A stretch of DNA of 64,000 nucleotides, taken from NCBI RefSeq assembly GCF_020745735.1, contig NC_083406.1, forward strand, positions 14,384,001 to 14,448,000. Direction: 5' to 3'. Position 1 is the stretch's first letter, and every line of letters begins with the position of its first letter. Source of the stretch: Hemiscyllium ocellatum (lineage: Eukaryota). Of the stretch, positions 12,776 through 26,439 are shown piece after piece. A program made the position numbers and the translations under genes. The notes below the pieces were generated by a model. It did no database searches and had not been told where the DNA came from. It saw nothing but the letters and a program-made list of their open reading frames with translations.

Positions 12776-15023
12776 CGTTACCCCTCATTGGGATCTGACA
12801 CTGGAACTGAAGCCTCGGAGTTGACAGAAAAGATAAAGATATTAAACATTCACAGAACTCCCCAATTTATCGGACTTTCAGACCAGTTGACAGAAAGAGC
12901 AAACCAGGTTCCAGTACTTATCAAGAACCATTGTTAATTACAAACAAATAGACTCTAATTACAGATAAACAATTATGATCCATCAAACGATAATTTGGTA
13001 AAGCTCTCACACCCTCATAAACACACCCTCGACACAAGCAAAACAAAATGCTGTGGGAAGACTGGGAAAGTTATTCAGTAGTCCCCTTCTACAGGATTTG
13101 CTGAGATAATTTTTTGGCTGATCAGGATGTTGCTTCTCGATTTTCATTCTCGAGATACTTGCATTTGTTTGCAGTAGGCAGAGGCCAACTGATTCACGCT
13201 TACAAAGATCTTAGACTTATTAATTAAAAGTCACAGCCTGTAATAATTGATGAGAGGAAATAAAATGGCCATCTTTGGGCTTGAGGTGCTTTCTACTGCA
13301 GTGAAGAAAGAGCTCCAATCCTGCCAGAGGTCTGATGGTTTCTCCCTCGAACATTCACACCCACATTTTGTTCAGCTGACTGGGAGCCAACCACAGAGTT
13401 ATTGGCAGGAGAAGGCCTTTGTCATCAATATCTGGTCACCATTTCACAGATCAATCAGTTACTTATTGCCAGCCAAATCTCCATTCCCACACAGCCCCAT
13501 GGTTCCAGCTTGGCTGCAACTGGACTCTCCCACTGCTTGAACCAGAGGCAGTGTAAACAACACTTACAACGAGTATCTGTCAACTTACTTTCAAAACGTG
13601 CAGCACCAATTGAACAATCCTTACCTTTTAAACCAGACTTCTTCCCATTTCCACAATCAAACATACAGAAGATCTAAAAAAGTATAGCCTTTTTACTAGA
13701 GTCTTGAAAAATATCATTCTTGTTTTGTGGGTTTAAAACTAAAAACTAGGAAACAGGTTTAAAGAGAGAAAATTATAATTCAAGAAAAAAATAAAGACCA
13801 TAGACTGGTGTAGAAATTTAAACATCAAAATGCTGATTGATGATTGGCGACAGGGATGAAATTAAAAATGACCTACTTTATGAATAACCTCAAGTTTCAG
13901 AGAATATTCATAGAATTGCTGAAATTTCAACAGTTTTCATCATCAAAATATTTTACAGCTTCAAGTTTCCTCAACTCTTTTGAAATTAGAACTTGAGGGT
14001 CACATGCTACAAATTATTTATATTCCATGTCTTTTACATGTAATATGAAAACTAGAAACCAGTCTGTGCCATTGTTTTAGCTCAAATCAGAGAGAGAGAG
14101 TCAAAAGTAAATTGCAAGATCACAACTAAAGAAAAGTAAAAGTGACTGTGGGCTTTGACTTGCCCTAAGGTTGACCAGAGGAAGAGTCAGTCACCCTGGT
14201 GTAACACCACGTGCACAATACCAACAGAGCAGTGGGTAACTGGGTGCCAAAAAACATGCTCAGGCTCTGACAACATTCCTCCCATACATGCAGGAGGGAG
14301 AAACTGAACAAGAATGTCAGGAAGTGAAGCAGCCAACAGGAGAGACAACAGAATCGAGAACGGAAGTGGCGAGTAAAGAGGGTGAGTCAACACAAAGGTC
14401 ACAGAGCGAGGCAACGATCCAGAGAATTGGGAAACAAGCAAAAGAATTGGGGAGGGATATGATGAGCGAATCAGGAATGGGAAGGCTGGGGCAGGAAGCT
14501 GTGAGTCAGTACTTAAACAGAGACGGACAGGTTCTGAATTGGTAAGGGGATCAAAGGTCATGGGAAGGAAGCAGGAGAATAGGGTTGACAAACATATGAT
14601 CGAATGGCACAGCAGACTTGAGTGACCTAATTCCGCTCTAACACTTTAAGGTTGGGTGGGTCAGTGAAGACGAAGATCAGGAGAGTCAGGTAGGAAGAGG
14701 GTAGTCAGGAGGGTCAACAAGTAATGGATTGAGTTAGCAGGGTAGGCAAGCACACTTAGCAGAGTTGATGAGCAGGAGTGTTGAGTGGAAAGGTACAGGT
14801 CAGGAGGGTTGCCACATGATGTGAATTAGCTAGATGCCCCCAGGCACTGGAGCACTCAAGGAGCAGTTTGCTTTGAAGAAACTGAACATGCTCAGTAACC
14901 ACAGCAAATACAAACAATGGCAGCATTATTAAGAAAACAAAAATGCACGATAAGAATACACTATAAAATGGGTGTCACCTATAGTAAACAGCTGAATGAA
15001 TGGGAAAAAAAGGAAAACTTTAC

Positions 15024-15146
15024 CTTTGAAGACACAATCCTATTATCGGGATAATTTTGTACAATGTAAGCATCTGTGCCTGGAGGGGGTTCACGATGTC
15101 CAATGTAAACTGTCCGACTATCCACCCAGTTCTCTTCTCCAACACA
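15024..15146 (-). CDS. ATP11A: ATP11A coding exon 2 (CVGEENWVDSRTVYIGHREPPPGTDAYIVQNYPDNRIVSSK)
   Basis: TTTAG acceptor, GTAAAG donor, 123 nt; translation matches ATP11A CAGEENWVDSRTIYVGHREPPPG...YPDNRIVSSK. Confidence 0.96.
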
Positions 15147-15954
15147 CTAAATAGAAAGAGGGATAATTAATATCTAAATCTGCACAAAAATTATTTTTGA
15201 CTAGTTGAATATTTGCCAACTAACTCACTTGTCAACTAATTGGCAGTCATAGAGTCGGAAAGATGTACAGTACAGAAATAGACCCCTTGGTCCAACTCGC
15301 CAACCAGATATCCTAAATTAATCCAGTCCCATTTGCTAGCATTTGGCCCACATCTCACTATACCCTTCCTATTCATATACTCATCCATATGCTTTTTAAA
15401 TATTACAAATAGGACTCAGTAAGGTGCCTTCTCATGCAATATAAATGTTGATTTTTCCCCTTAATTTGATACAAGTTAATTTGATAAAAGCTTCCACAAA
15501 ATGTCTTTTCACAACAATACTCAAATTCCTTTCTACTAAATACTACAAGTTTAGTGACTTGCTACAATCTATTCAACTGAAAGCTTTCTCAAGTTACAAA
15601 ATATTCAATGGAGAGTTTAAAAGTTATAAAATAGTCAATGGAGAAAGTTTTAAAATTAACTACTTCAATAGGCTGATCTGCTTTGATATTTTGCATTCAC
15701 GTGGCACTCAATGCTGAAATATAGCCTGAAGAGACTCCAAAAGTTAAACTCAACTTAAAATTGGGAGAGATGTCTCACGGACTAGTCAAGCAACATAGTT
15801 ATATAATCACAAAATCATACCTTAAAGACAATTTCCCAGACACCACCATCACCATCACTGAATATGTCCTGTCCCACTGGCAGGACAGACCCGTTAGAAT
15901 CCAGCTTCACTGTAGTAAACAGTCAGGAGGAGCTAACTCTTGCTTGCTTACTTG

Positions 15955-16460
15955 TGAAACTTGAAAAGATTCAGAAAAGATTCATGAGAATGTTGTCAAG
16001 TTGGAGGGTTTCAGCTATAGGGTGGGGTTAAATAGGCTGGGGCTATTTTCCCTAGAGCTTTGGAGGCTGAGGGGTGACGTTATAGTGGTTTATAAAATCA
16101 TGAGGAGTATAGATAGGGTAAATAGACCCCCTTTTCCCCACAAGGTAGGGAGTCTACAACTAGAGGGCACAGACTTAAGATGAGAGGGGAAAGATTAAAA
16201 AGGGATTGAAGGAGTAACTTTTTCATGGAGAAGGTGGTGTGTGTATGGAATGAGCTGCCAGAGAAAGTGATGGAGGCTGGTACAATTACAACATTTAAAA
16301 GGCACCTGGATGGGTAAATGAATAAGAAGGGCTTAAGAGAGGAATTTGGGCCAAATGCTGGCAAATGGGACAAGACTAATTTAGGATATCTGGTCGACAT
16401 AGATGAGTTGGACTGAAGGGTCTGTTTCTGTGCTTCATATCTCTATGATTCTATGACTCC
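15955..16460 (+). mobile_element. CR1 LINE 3' end
   Basis: LNRLGLFSLELWRLRGD..VYKIM; (TCTATGA)n-type tail. Confidence 0.85.
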
Positions 16461-18269
16461 TCAACTCCTATGAAGTCACATGACATCAGGTAAACCAATC
16501 TTCCTTCTAATCTTCTCTCTGGCTGCTTGGGCTTCTGAGATTCAAGTATGGCAGCGACTTCTGGAACCAGAACTCAATGTCATCAATGGTGTGCTGATGC
16601 AAATCACCATGTGCAGAAGCTGGAAAGGTTGCACATGGAGCTTAGAAGGAATACTGGGTCAAACAAATGCAAGGAAACCTTCTTCTGGTTACTACATACC
16701 ACTCCCCCACTTCAGCTGTGAATCAGTCCTGCTCAATTCGGAATAACATTTGGAAGAAGCAAGGAGGGTGGCAAGGGTGCAAAGTGTGAGGTTTTCAATG
16801 CCCACTACCAAGAGTGGCTTAGCAATAGCTCTATTGATCAAACTGGTTGAGTCCTAAAGGTCATAGCTGCTAGACAGTCTGTTGTAGGTGACAAAGGTAC
16901 CAAAAAGAGAGAAAAACATACCTGACCTCATCCTTACTAATCTGTACACTGCAGATGTATCTGCCCATGACAGTATCAGTCAGAGCGGCCACCACACAGT
17001 CCTGCCTTCACAATTAGAATACATTACATTATGTTGTGTGACATTATTACCATGTTAAATTAAGCTGACTTTGAATAGATCTAACAACTCAAGACTGGGC
17101 ATCGGTGGGTTATCATCAGCAGCAGAATTGTACTCCAGCACAATCTGCAGTCTCATGGCCTGACATGTTCCTAATTCAACCCCTATTACCATCAAGTCAG
17201 GGGATCAACCCTAGTTCAATGAAGAGTGCAGGTGGGCATGCCAGGAGCAGCACCAGGCATGCCTAAACATGAGGTGTCAACCTGGTACAACCACCAAACA
17301 GAACTACTTGCATGCCAAACAACATAAGCAGCAAGTGATAGACAGAGCTAAGCTAACACATCAGATCAAAACTCTGCAGCCCTGCCATATCCAGTTGTGA
17401 ATAGTGGTAGAAAATTAAACTCACTGGAAAAGGGATTTGAACAATATCTCCATTTTCAATTTTGGAGGAGCACAGCACATCAGTGCAAAAGATAAAACTA
17501 AAACATTCATGACAATCTTCAGACAGAAGTGTCGTGCATATGATCCATCTTAACCTCCTCCAGTATCATAGATGCGAATTCCATTCACTCCACATCATAT
17601 CATGAAACAAGTGGAGGCACTGGATGCTGCAAACACTCAGGAGTAGTACTCAGTTGATAAATTAATGACCTTTCCTGTATCATAAAGTCAGACTGGAATC
17701 TTCACTGACTACACAATGTTCAGCATCATTCACAACTCCTCAGATACTGAAATAGTACATGTCCAAATGCAGCAAGACCTGGACAATATTCAGGCTTGAG
17801 CTGAAAAGTAGAAAGTAACATTCATGCCAAGCAATAATCATCTTCAACAAAAAAGAATCGAACCATCATCTCTTGACATTTAATGGTATTTCCATCACTG
17901 AATCTCCCACGATTAACACCCTGGGGGGGAGGGGTCACCATTGACCAGAAACTGAACAGAACTTGCCATATAAATATAGTGGTTACAAGAGCTGGTCAGA
18001 GGCTCGGAATCCTGCAGCAAGTAACTCACCTTCTGACTCCCCAAAGCCTGTTCACTATCTACAAGGCACAGGTCAGGAGCATGACGCAATATTCCCCACT
18101 TGCCTCATTGGGTATAGCTCCAACAACACTCAAGAAGCTTGACACCATTCAGGACAAAACAGCCCACTTGATTTCCACTCCACAAACAATCACTTTGTCC
18201 ATCAATGTTCAGCAACAGCAGTGTGTACCATTTTCATGGTGCACTGCAGAAATTCACCAAGGCTCCTTA

Positions 18270-18709
18270 TGAGAAAGTGTATAAGGTATGAGGAGGTAGG
18301 GAAAGAGTTAATTTTAGAGTTGCTTGACGAAGGCTCAGCTAGCATGACATTGACCAGATGTTGGAGGCAAGGATAGTGATTTAACAAGGTGAAGAACATC
18401 CATTGCATCATGCTGGTTAACAATGTAAGGAACATCTATTGTGTAATGCCAGATGGCTTAATCTTTACTGTTGATGCTCGCTGATTGTTTTGGTCACCCA
18501 ATCAATATAAATGTTACCTTCTTTGGATGCTGCTCCCTGTAAGTGACTATGTAATTCCTTAAGAATCTGCTGTTCAAGAGAAAACTGAGAACTCATGTCT
18601 TTGTGTACATGGGCAATCGCTGTCTCTCCAGGGCTCGGAATAAAGAAGAAGGTAGAGCCATATTGTGTCTCTGAGTGTTTGCTTCGACTGATACGGAAAT
18701 GGGATGACA
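18270..18709 (+). mobile_element. Solo LTR (440 bp) with 4-bp TSD CTTA
   Basis: TG...CA termini, TATAAA and AATAAA in order, CTTA at 18266-18269 and 18710-18713; interrupts LINE sequence CCAAGGCTCCTTA|GACAGCA. Confidence 0.8.
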
Positions 18710-18720
18710 CTTAGACAGCA

Positions 18721-18871
18721 GGCTTGGCACACCCTCCTCATTCCTGAAGAAGGGCTTATTCCCGAAACGTCGATTCTCCTGCTCCTTTGATGCTGCCTGA
18801 CCTGCCGCGCTTTTCCAGCAACACATTCTTCAGCTCTGATCTCCAGCATCTGCAGTCCTCACTTTCTCCTG
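18721..18871 (+). mobile_element. Short Penelope-like pLTR insertion, 15-bp TSD
   Basis: GACACTTAGACAGCA (18706-18720) / GACACTAAGACAGCA (18872-18886); contains hammerhead motif. Confidence 0.8.
18740..18775 (+). ncRNA. Minimal type-I hammerhead ribozyme motif, intact core
   Basis: AUUC-CUGAAGA-A-GGG/CUUAUU/CCC-GAAA-C-GUC^GAUU; palindromic ACGU stem III. Confidence 0.7.
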
Positions 18872-21699
18872 GACACTAAGACAGCATCTTTCAAATTCAC
18901 AACCACTTCCATCTAGCTGGATAAGGGTAGTAGATACATGGGAACACCACCATCTGCAAGTTTCCCTCCAAAGCACTCACCATCTTGACTTGGAAATGTA
19001 TCACTGTTTCTTCCATGTCACTGGGTCAGAATCCTGGAACTCACTCCTGAATGGCATTGTGGGTCTGTCTACAGGATATGGATTACAGCGGTTCAAGAAG
19101 TCCATCTTACCACTGCCTTCTCAAGGACAACTAGGGATGAGCAATAAATGCTATGAGCTAGTGATATTCACATCCCATGAATGAATAAAAGAAAAGTTTG
19201 CAATTGGTTATCTAAATCATGTTACATGAGACATCAATCTGGACTATAAATCAGTCCTTTCTGTTTTGCTGAACACTCAGCCACTGATGCAGTGGGGCAA
19301 CGCATTATCAATGCCACAGAACATGGTGAAGGGTTTCCTTGATATGAAGATGGAATGTAATCTCATGTGCAGCAGTCACTTCTAACAGTACTGTTACAGA
19401 CAGAGGCATCTGCAACAGGTATACAGATATGGATCAAATCAGTTTTCCTTCTTGGTGGGCCCTTCAATAACAGCCACAGATGCAGTCAGTCAATTCTAGT
19501 GATACCGAGTCACTTCATGTGATGGACATCGAACAGCTGATACCATGAGACTTCTTTGAGATGCCTCTGTAATTTTCTTTGTAACATTTTGTGGTTCACA
19601 CACGTGGGCTTCCACAACCATCGAGTTGTGCAACACCTTTCCATTTAAATACAGGATAGCTGTGACAAGTCAAATTAGATCACCTAAAACTCGGGGAAAG
19701 TTGTCAACTATTCCCTCCAGCAGAGTAGGAAGTCCGATAGAAAAGGTCCCTGTGAGAGACTGAAGATTTAGTGATAACTCAGAATAGCCAAACTCTTGCA
19801 TGTTTGGCATGTGACCCCCACCTATCAAACATAGTATGTTCAAACTAGAAGGCAAAATCAGAAGCAAGCTTGCAGCAAAGACTACAACATGGTCTTGCCC
19901 ACGTCCCATACAGCAAGAAACCAAGCTGTTTAATGGGTGACTCTTTAACATTTAACAATGAAACACATAACAACAGAAAACAAAATGAGAAATATGTCAC
20001 TACTAGGATCTTTGGCAAAATAGATGGCGTTCAAAAGCTGCCATTCTTTGTGATATGAAAAGCCAAGCCTTTTTGCGACTGTCCATACCCTACCCACACA
20101 GTCTATCAAAACTGCCTGCATGACCTGCAGCATTTTTTGAGACATGGGTCAGGAAAATGAATATAATGTTTCATCCGGTTAAAAAAATGATTATCATTTG
20201 AAGAATCTAAATGAATACCTGCCCAATTACCTGCTTGTTTCACCACAGCCATAGTGTACAGTATTCTAACCTTAGTTGTAAAATTAAAAGGAAGGTTTTC
20301 TCAGCTTTGAAGTTACAGACCACCAACTGGGTAGGGAAAGGCATCAAGGGAAATCTGCATAATTATAATTAACATGGAGTCAAAACAGTGAGAGGGTGGA
20401 ATGCACTCCAAGTGCCCTCTTCATTTGTTTGACCATGCCACTTTGTCCTAAACTCCCCAACAATGGAAGGTGGCTCTACTGACCCTAATGGCTCTCCTTC
20501 CAAATCTAGTTTATGTAATCTGTCCCGATAATTTAATGTCTGAAACATAAGTATCATTCTGGTAACTCTAAACTGCACATAGTTCAAGAGCAATCCTTCC
20601 AAAGCTATGGTGCCAAGCACTGTTCACAAGATTCCACATGCAGTCTAACCAGGGTATTATACAAAATGTCTGAAGTACTGTTTCCCTCCTTCTTTATTGC
20701 AGTTCTCTCAACATAAAAGTCAGCATGCCTTTAGCTTTTTAAATTATTTCCAGAAAGTGTTCATGATATTATGACTCCTTCCACTGTCTCAAAGTGATCG
20801 AAGTATGCAGTTCAGTTGTCTATATTGTCTGCTAGTCCAGTGAAAATATCTAATCAATGATGAAAATACCTTGTGTTCTTGGGAGGTAATATTTTTGCCT
20901 GAATTTATCACTATAGCAACACAACCTAGATTATAAATAAATCCTAATGTCTTCCAGGCCCAGTCAGCAAAAACCTCAAGAACTGGCAGTTTTAAAAATA
21001 ATTTTATGTTACGTTTTCAATGTCCATCAAAAACAGGCCTACAGCTAATCATAAATTCAAGAATTTTCATTTGAACTGGGCCTGCCTTCCCCCTTTACAG
21101 GTGCTAAATATGCTGCATTTCAGCTTTGTGGTTAATAACCGATAACAACAAAGGCTGAACTTCCCAAGCCAGTGATGCAATGCAGTCTGGCTTCCAGCAC
21201 TACCCCACCTCAAACATCAACCAGAATAAAATCAATTCATACTGTGTTAGCATTCTTACGAAAGGCACCATTACTTCAAAGCCATAGGAAAAAGATCTGC
21301 CTCAATTCATACCAACTGCTTTTTCATTGCCCATCATTGCAATCACTTCCTGTCACTGTCTCTATAAAAAGTATAATACCAAGAAGAATGTACAAGGACA
21401 AAGCACGGTTCAGAGACTTCAGTTATCATTAATCTGGTTAGAACTTATTTAAAGGTACAAGATCACTTACATCTCATCCTCACTGTCAAGAGACCAGTGA
21501 AGCTCAACTTCACACAATCTATAGTTATAGCATACAAGAAATTTGTGAATTGTTCCAGTTCACGGAGTCACTGCTTGGCTACAGCTGAATTTAACCTCAG
21601 AATATCCTGAGCAGTCGTCAGTGAACACTTATTATTCTGGCCACAGTCCTGTAACTGCAGTTGAGTAGAAATTCACTTGATGCAAATGCTTTCGGATGT

Positions 21700-21960
21700 T
21701 TCACAGACACAATGAAAAGAAAAACAAACTTGCATTTGTACAATGCTCTTCACAACCATTGAACATTTCCAAGTGTTTTACAGCCAAAAAGATACATTTT
21801 GAAATGGAGTTGTTATAATGTGGTGCAACCAATTTGGAGGCAGCAAACAGCAATACGATAATGACCAAATAATCTGTCTCTTTTTGTGATAGTGTTGTCA
21901 ATACTTGATTTTTGTCCTCTCGATCTGCTGTTTGAGAAAAAGGACATTTGACTCATTGAG
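21700..21960 (-). mobile_element. Old DeuSINE-like (SacSINE1-type) SINE fragment
   Basis: Resembles the Deu-domain SINE 3' part; related + strand copies near 46480-46820 and 55870-56080. Confidence 0.45.
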
Positions 21961-23076
21961 TCTGTGCTGTCTCCCTGTGAGAGCAATTCAACTAATCCCA
22001 TTCCTACATTTTTACTCTCCAAATTTTCTCTCTTCAGTGAATAATCCTAATTTGCTTTTGTAAGATTTAATTGACCCTGTTACCACCACACTTTCAGGTA
22101 GTTCATTCCAGTTTCTAAACACTAGCTGCCAGAAAGTCTGTTTCTTCACATTGTCATTGATTCTTGTGCAAATTATCTTAAACTCCCTCTGGTTCACTAT
22201 CCATTCACCAAGGTTAACAGCTTCTCCCCATCTATTTTGTTCAGATCCCTTACAAATTTAAGCACCTCAATTAAAGTTCTTCTCAAAACACCCCAAAAAG
22301 AACAGCCTCAGCTTCTCACCTCTACCTAGGTAACTGAATGTCCTCATCATTAGACATATTCTTGCAAATCTTTTCTCTACTCTGCCTAACACCTTCATAT
22401 CCTTCTGAAAGTGTGTTATCCAGAATTGGCCGCAAAATTCCAGTTGAGGCCAAACCAGTGTTTTATACATACTTATTCAACATACCTGTATTTGTACTCT
22501 TTGTACTTTTTATAAACAGCAGCATACCATATGCTTTATTCATGATTCCTTTAACATGTCTATCACTGATTTATGTACATACACACCCAGATTCCTTGAC
22601 TTTTGCACCTCTTTTGGAACTGTATCCTTTATTTTTTCTTTACACGTTCTTTCAAGTAAATCACTTCACAGATCTCTGCATGCAATTCCATCTGCTACTT
22701 GTCTACCCATTTCACTGAACTGTCCACATTCGTTTGACATTTAAAAATAACCTAACTTCACAGTTGAAGGTTCTGAGGGTTATCGTTCACCAGAGACTGA
22801 AGTGGATTAGTTATATAAATACTGTGGCTACAACAAAAAAATCAGAAGGTGGTAATTGTGTGATGAGTAACTCAGCTCTTGGCTAAACCCTGTCCACAAT
22901 CTATTAGGTACATACTTTCCACTTCCCTGGGGGAGTGCAGTTCCAACAACACTCAACAATTTTGATATCACTCCATACAAAGTAAACTGCTTGAAGCATC
23001 CCCTCTATTAGCTTCAACATTCATTCCCTTCATAATTAACTGACAACAGTGACCCAAATAATATACTGCAGCAACT

Positions 23077-23261
23077 AAAACAGAAATTGCTGGAAAAGCT
23101 CAGCAGGTCTGGCAGTATCTTTGAAGACAAATCATAGTTAATGACACAAAATGTTAACTCTGATTTATCTCCATCGATGCTGCCAGACCTGCTGAGTCTT
23201 TCCAGCAATTTCTGTTTTTGATTCTGATTTATAGCATTCACAGTTCTTTCAGCTTTTATTG
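23077..23261 (+). mobile_element. Fold-back Penelope-like insertion, 16-bp TSD
   Basis: ATATACT(G/A)CAGCAACT at 23061-23076 and 23262-23277; inverted arms. Confidence 0.75.
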
Positions 23262-24080
23262 ATATACTACAGCAACTTATGAAGGTTCCTTAAATGGTGC
23301 TTTTCAACTTAGCACCTTCTATCACCGGTAAAGATCAAAGCAGCAGATCGATGGAAAAATTAGCAAGTTCTCTTCCAAGCCACACACCATCCTGACATGA
23401 AACTATGTTGCTGCTCCTACAATGCTGCTTGGTCAAAATCATAAATGTCCCTTCTTAACAGCATTTTAGGTGTGTCGACATCACATGGACTGCAGCAATT
23501 GAACAAAGTGGCCAACTATCACCTTCTCAAGGACAATTAGAGATGGACAATAAACGTTGGCCTAGCCACTGGTGTTCACATCTCTTAAATTAATAACAAA
23601 AACACAAGTTCGCAACACTTCGAAGTTTTGCGCCATCTGCAAATTTTGAAATTATGTCCAAAGTTTTGGATATTGCTATAGATCAAGACTCCTCCGAAAT
23701 CACATAATATGCCTTTTTCTGGTTAAAAAAAACTGTTCCCTACTGTCAGTTCCTGACACACTGCCAATTTCCTCTCCATGTTGGTACTGTCCTGGAACCT
23801 AATGATTCCAGGGTGAGAATGCAATAACTGAGCCATGACTGACTCAAGCAGCAACCGCTCCAGACAATCATTTACAGTGACCTTCAGTTGAAAATACACT
23901 GCACACCTCAGTTGCGACATCCTGAAATGGCAATAAATATACAGAGACCTGCATACTGATGAAGTTTTGTTCATGTTAGCAAAATAAAGAAGGTAGAATT
24001 TTACGAACAGGTCAGAGCAGCTTGCAAGTTCTGAGGAGATTTGTAGCTCAGTCTGAGGTTCAGGTTGTAGAGGTTTGTTT

Positions 24081-24120
24081 TCCGACATTTCATCACTATG
24101 CTAAGTAACATCATCAGTAA
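24081..24120 (-). ncRNA. Degenerate hammerhead motif in PLE fragment (~24025-24170)
   Basis: CUGAUGA-U-GUUAC..GUGAU-GAAA-U-GUC on - strand. Confidence 0.5.
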
Positions 24121-24179
24121 GCTTCCAGTGAAGTGCTGGTGTTAGGTCCTGCTTTCTATGTATGTGTCTTGGTTTTTAG

Positions 24180-24410
24180 CCCCCTACCCTATCCATGCAA
24201 CCCCTTCTTCCCCATGGCTAATCCACCTAACCTACACATCCCTGGACACGATGGGCAATTTAGCATGGCCAATTCACCTAACATGCTGGAGGAAACTAGA
24301 GCACCCACAGAAACCCATGTAGACACACGGAGAACATACAAATTCCACACAGACAGTCAACCAATGTCCCTGTGAGGGAGTAGTGCTAACTATTGAGCCA
24401 CTGGACTACC
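24180..24410 (-). mobile_element. HE1-type SINE, decayed
   Basis: Similarity to 54046-54356. Confidence 0.7.
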
Positions 24411-26439
24411 CCAAAGTCTTCTGATCCAAGGATATTAGTCCAATTTCTTTCACGACTGTTGGGGAATTCAAATTCAATTATATAGATCTGAATTTTTAAA
24501 ATAGTTAGAATTAATAAGTAAACTAACAGGCTGTAGCAAAAATGCATCTCACTCACAAATACCATTCAATGAAGCAAATCAATGTGCCTACTGATTTGGT
24601 CCATGTGACTCCAGACCCATAACAATGGAATTGGCAGACGATTTCCCTCTTAAATGGCCGAGCAAGTCATGTAGCTTTCATCAAATCATCACCACAAAGT
24701 AAAGAACAATATCAATTTTTATAACACTTTTACTTCTGGGAGCTTCCTGTGCAAACTTAGCTGCCACATTTCCATGTTATAACTACAGCAAAGTCCTATG
24801 TGAATCCAATGCAATGTTGCACAATTAAATTGATTGCTAGCGAAACTTCAAAACTTAACAAGAAGCAGTAAACGGAGAGCTGACTATATTTCCCCTCTCA
24901 GCAGATAGTCATCTCACTCAGAAATGTCTGTTTCATCCTCCAGTAAAATGGAAGAGTAGGGGATAAAAAGAAAGTTCCAATTCTAGTGGAGTGCATCGGA
25001 TGGGCTGATTGCAACATGCGAGCACTTGAACTCAGCCAGGCACACACAACACAAAGGGCAAAGTAGAATAACCATCTCCTAGTTAGTTGCAGGGAAAGAC
25101 CTTTTCTCTGAACTCAGTGTTGCAAAAGTAAACACGATAACAAAGGGCTCGCTCTCACCCTGAATTGTGGAATTTAATCTCAGTTCAAAGGCATTTAAAC
25201 CACAGAATCTTGAAATTCACATGTTCAAATATCAGCATCAGCTCAATCAGTGCAACCCAGGAATGGTTGCAATGTCAAAACAAATCAGAAACTGACCTTT
25301 TTTTTTAATTTCAAACATTTTGGATTGCCTTTTTCTTGCTCATCTCTATGTTTGCGTGCTGCTTTAGTATTTTTTATTATGCATAATCATAAATTAACTT
25401 AATCAAGCCTTGTAAAATTGGCTTCTTTTAAAGCACAAGTTCAGTTGGCTGTGGGGGAAAGATACCACGAGGGAAGAATGGGTGAATGAGATTGATCCAG
25501 TTTGCCCCCTCGTCACTTGGGATCTGAACAGTTTGGGATATCTCATCTGAAACCATATTGAATTGGGGAATTCACCTGGGGTCTGATTTCAACAAAGCAC
25601 AGAGTTCCCATACAAAGCAGCATTTCTCTACTTTCAGTTCATTTATGACCTGCCCCGGAATGGGTGTGGCTGTTTGAGACATATGAACTAATACTGCGCC
25701 AAAGAGTGAGTAGTTCCTGAGAAATGACAAGTTTATACTTAACCCTTTTCTGTGTTGCAAACTATTGTTTAAAATAAAATTTGTTTGGGCGTTCACTTTT
25801 TCCTGCTGACTGCACACCTAGAATTATAACCCTCAGTACTAGTTCATATCTGGATCTAATGTCACAATCCAAACCCAGTGTACAGTCACTCAACCAGGTT
25901 AGCTGCATCATCCGTGATTGTACTTACACAACCTTTTGCACAAGCATTACCACAGTTTAACTTGGAATTGTTTACATTTGTGCGTCAATCAATTTAATTT
26001 GAAAAGGTTAGGAGCCACCAATGGAATAGCCCACAGTGAATCATCTAGATAGCACCACAGCCATTTGGCATTGAAATCAGTTCTGCAGGCTCGATTCCCT
26101 TACAACAGCACAACATGAAGTTTATCAGTCAGGAGGATTAGAGTGAATACCAACACAAACAGCAGTTTTTTGGATAACCTCAAGTGCAATTCAAGCTTTG
26201 TGTTTCTAAAGTTATGGGGGAGGTTGGGTGACATCTACAAAAAAAAGATTAATAGAACGCCTCTAAAACCCTTGGTGTCCTATTTGACTCTTCTTCTGAC
26301 TCCATCATTAAAGTTAGTTTCACCCCCATAACGTTGCCCACTCTGCCCTTGCTCATCTCCTGCTGAAATTCTCATCTATGATTTTGTCCTTGACTATGAC
26401 AACATCTTCCTTTTCTCATTTCAAAACTTTAGTTCATTC

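Larger units (their letters stand above)
15760..19195 (+). mobile_element. Zenon-like LINE remnant hosting nested CR1, solo LTR and PLE insertions
   Basis: YKAQVRSMTQYSPLA..LKKLDTIQDK; 3' end CATCCCATGAATGAATAAAA shared with ~31730 and ~40500. Confidence 0.7.
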
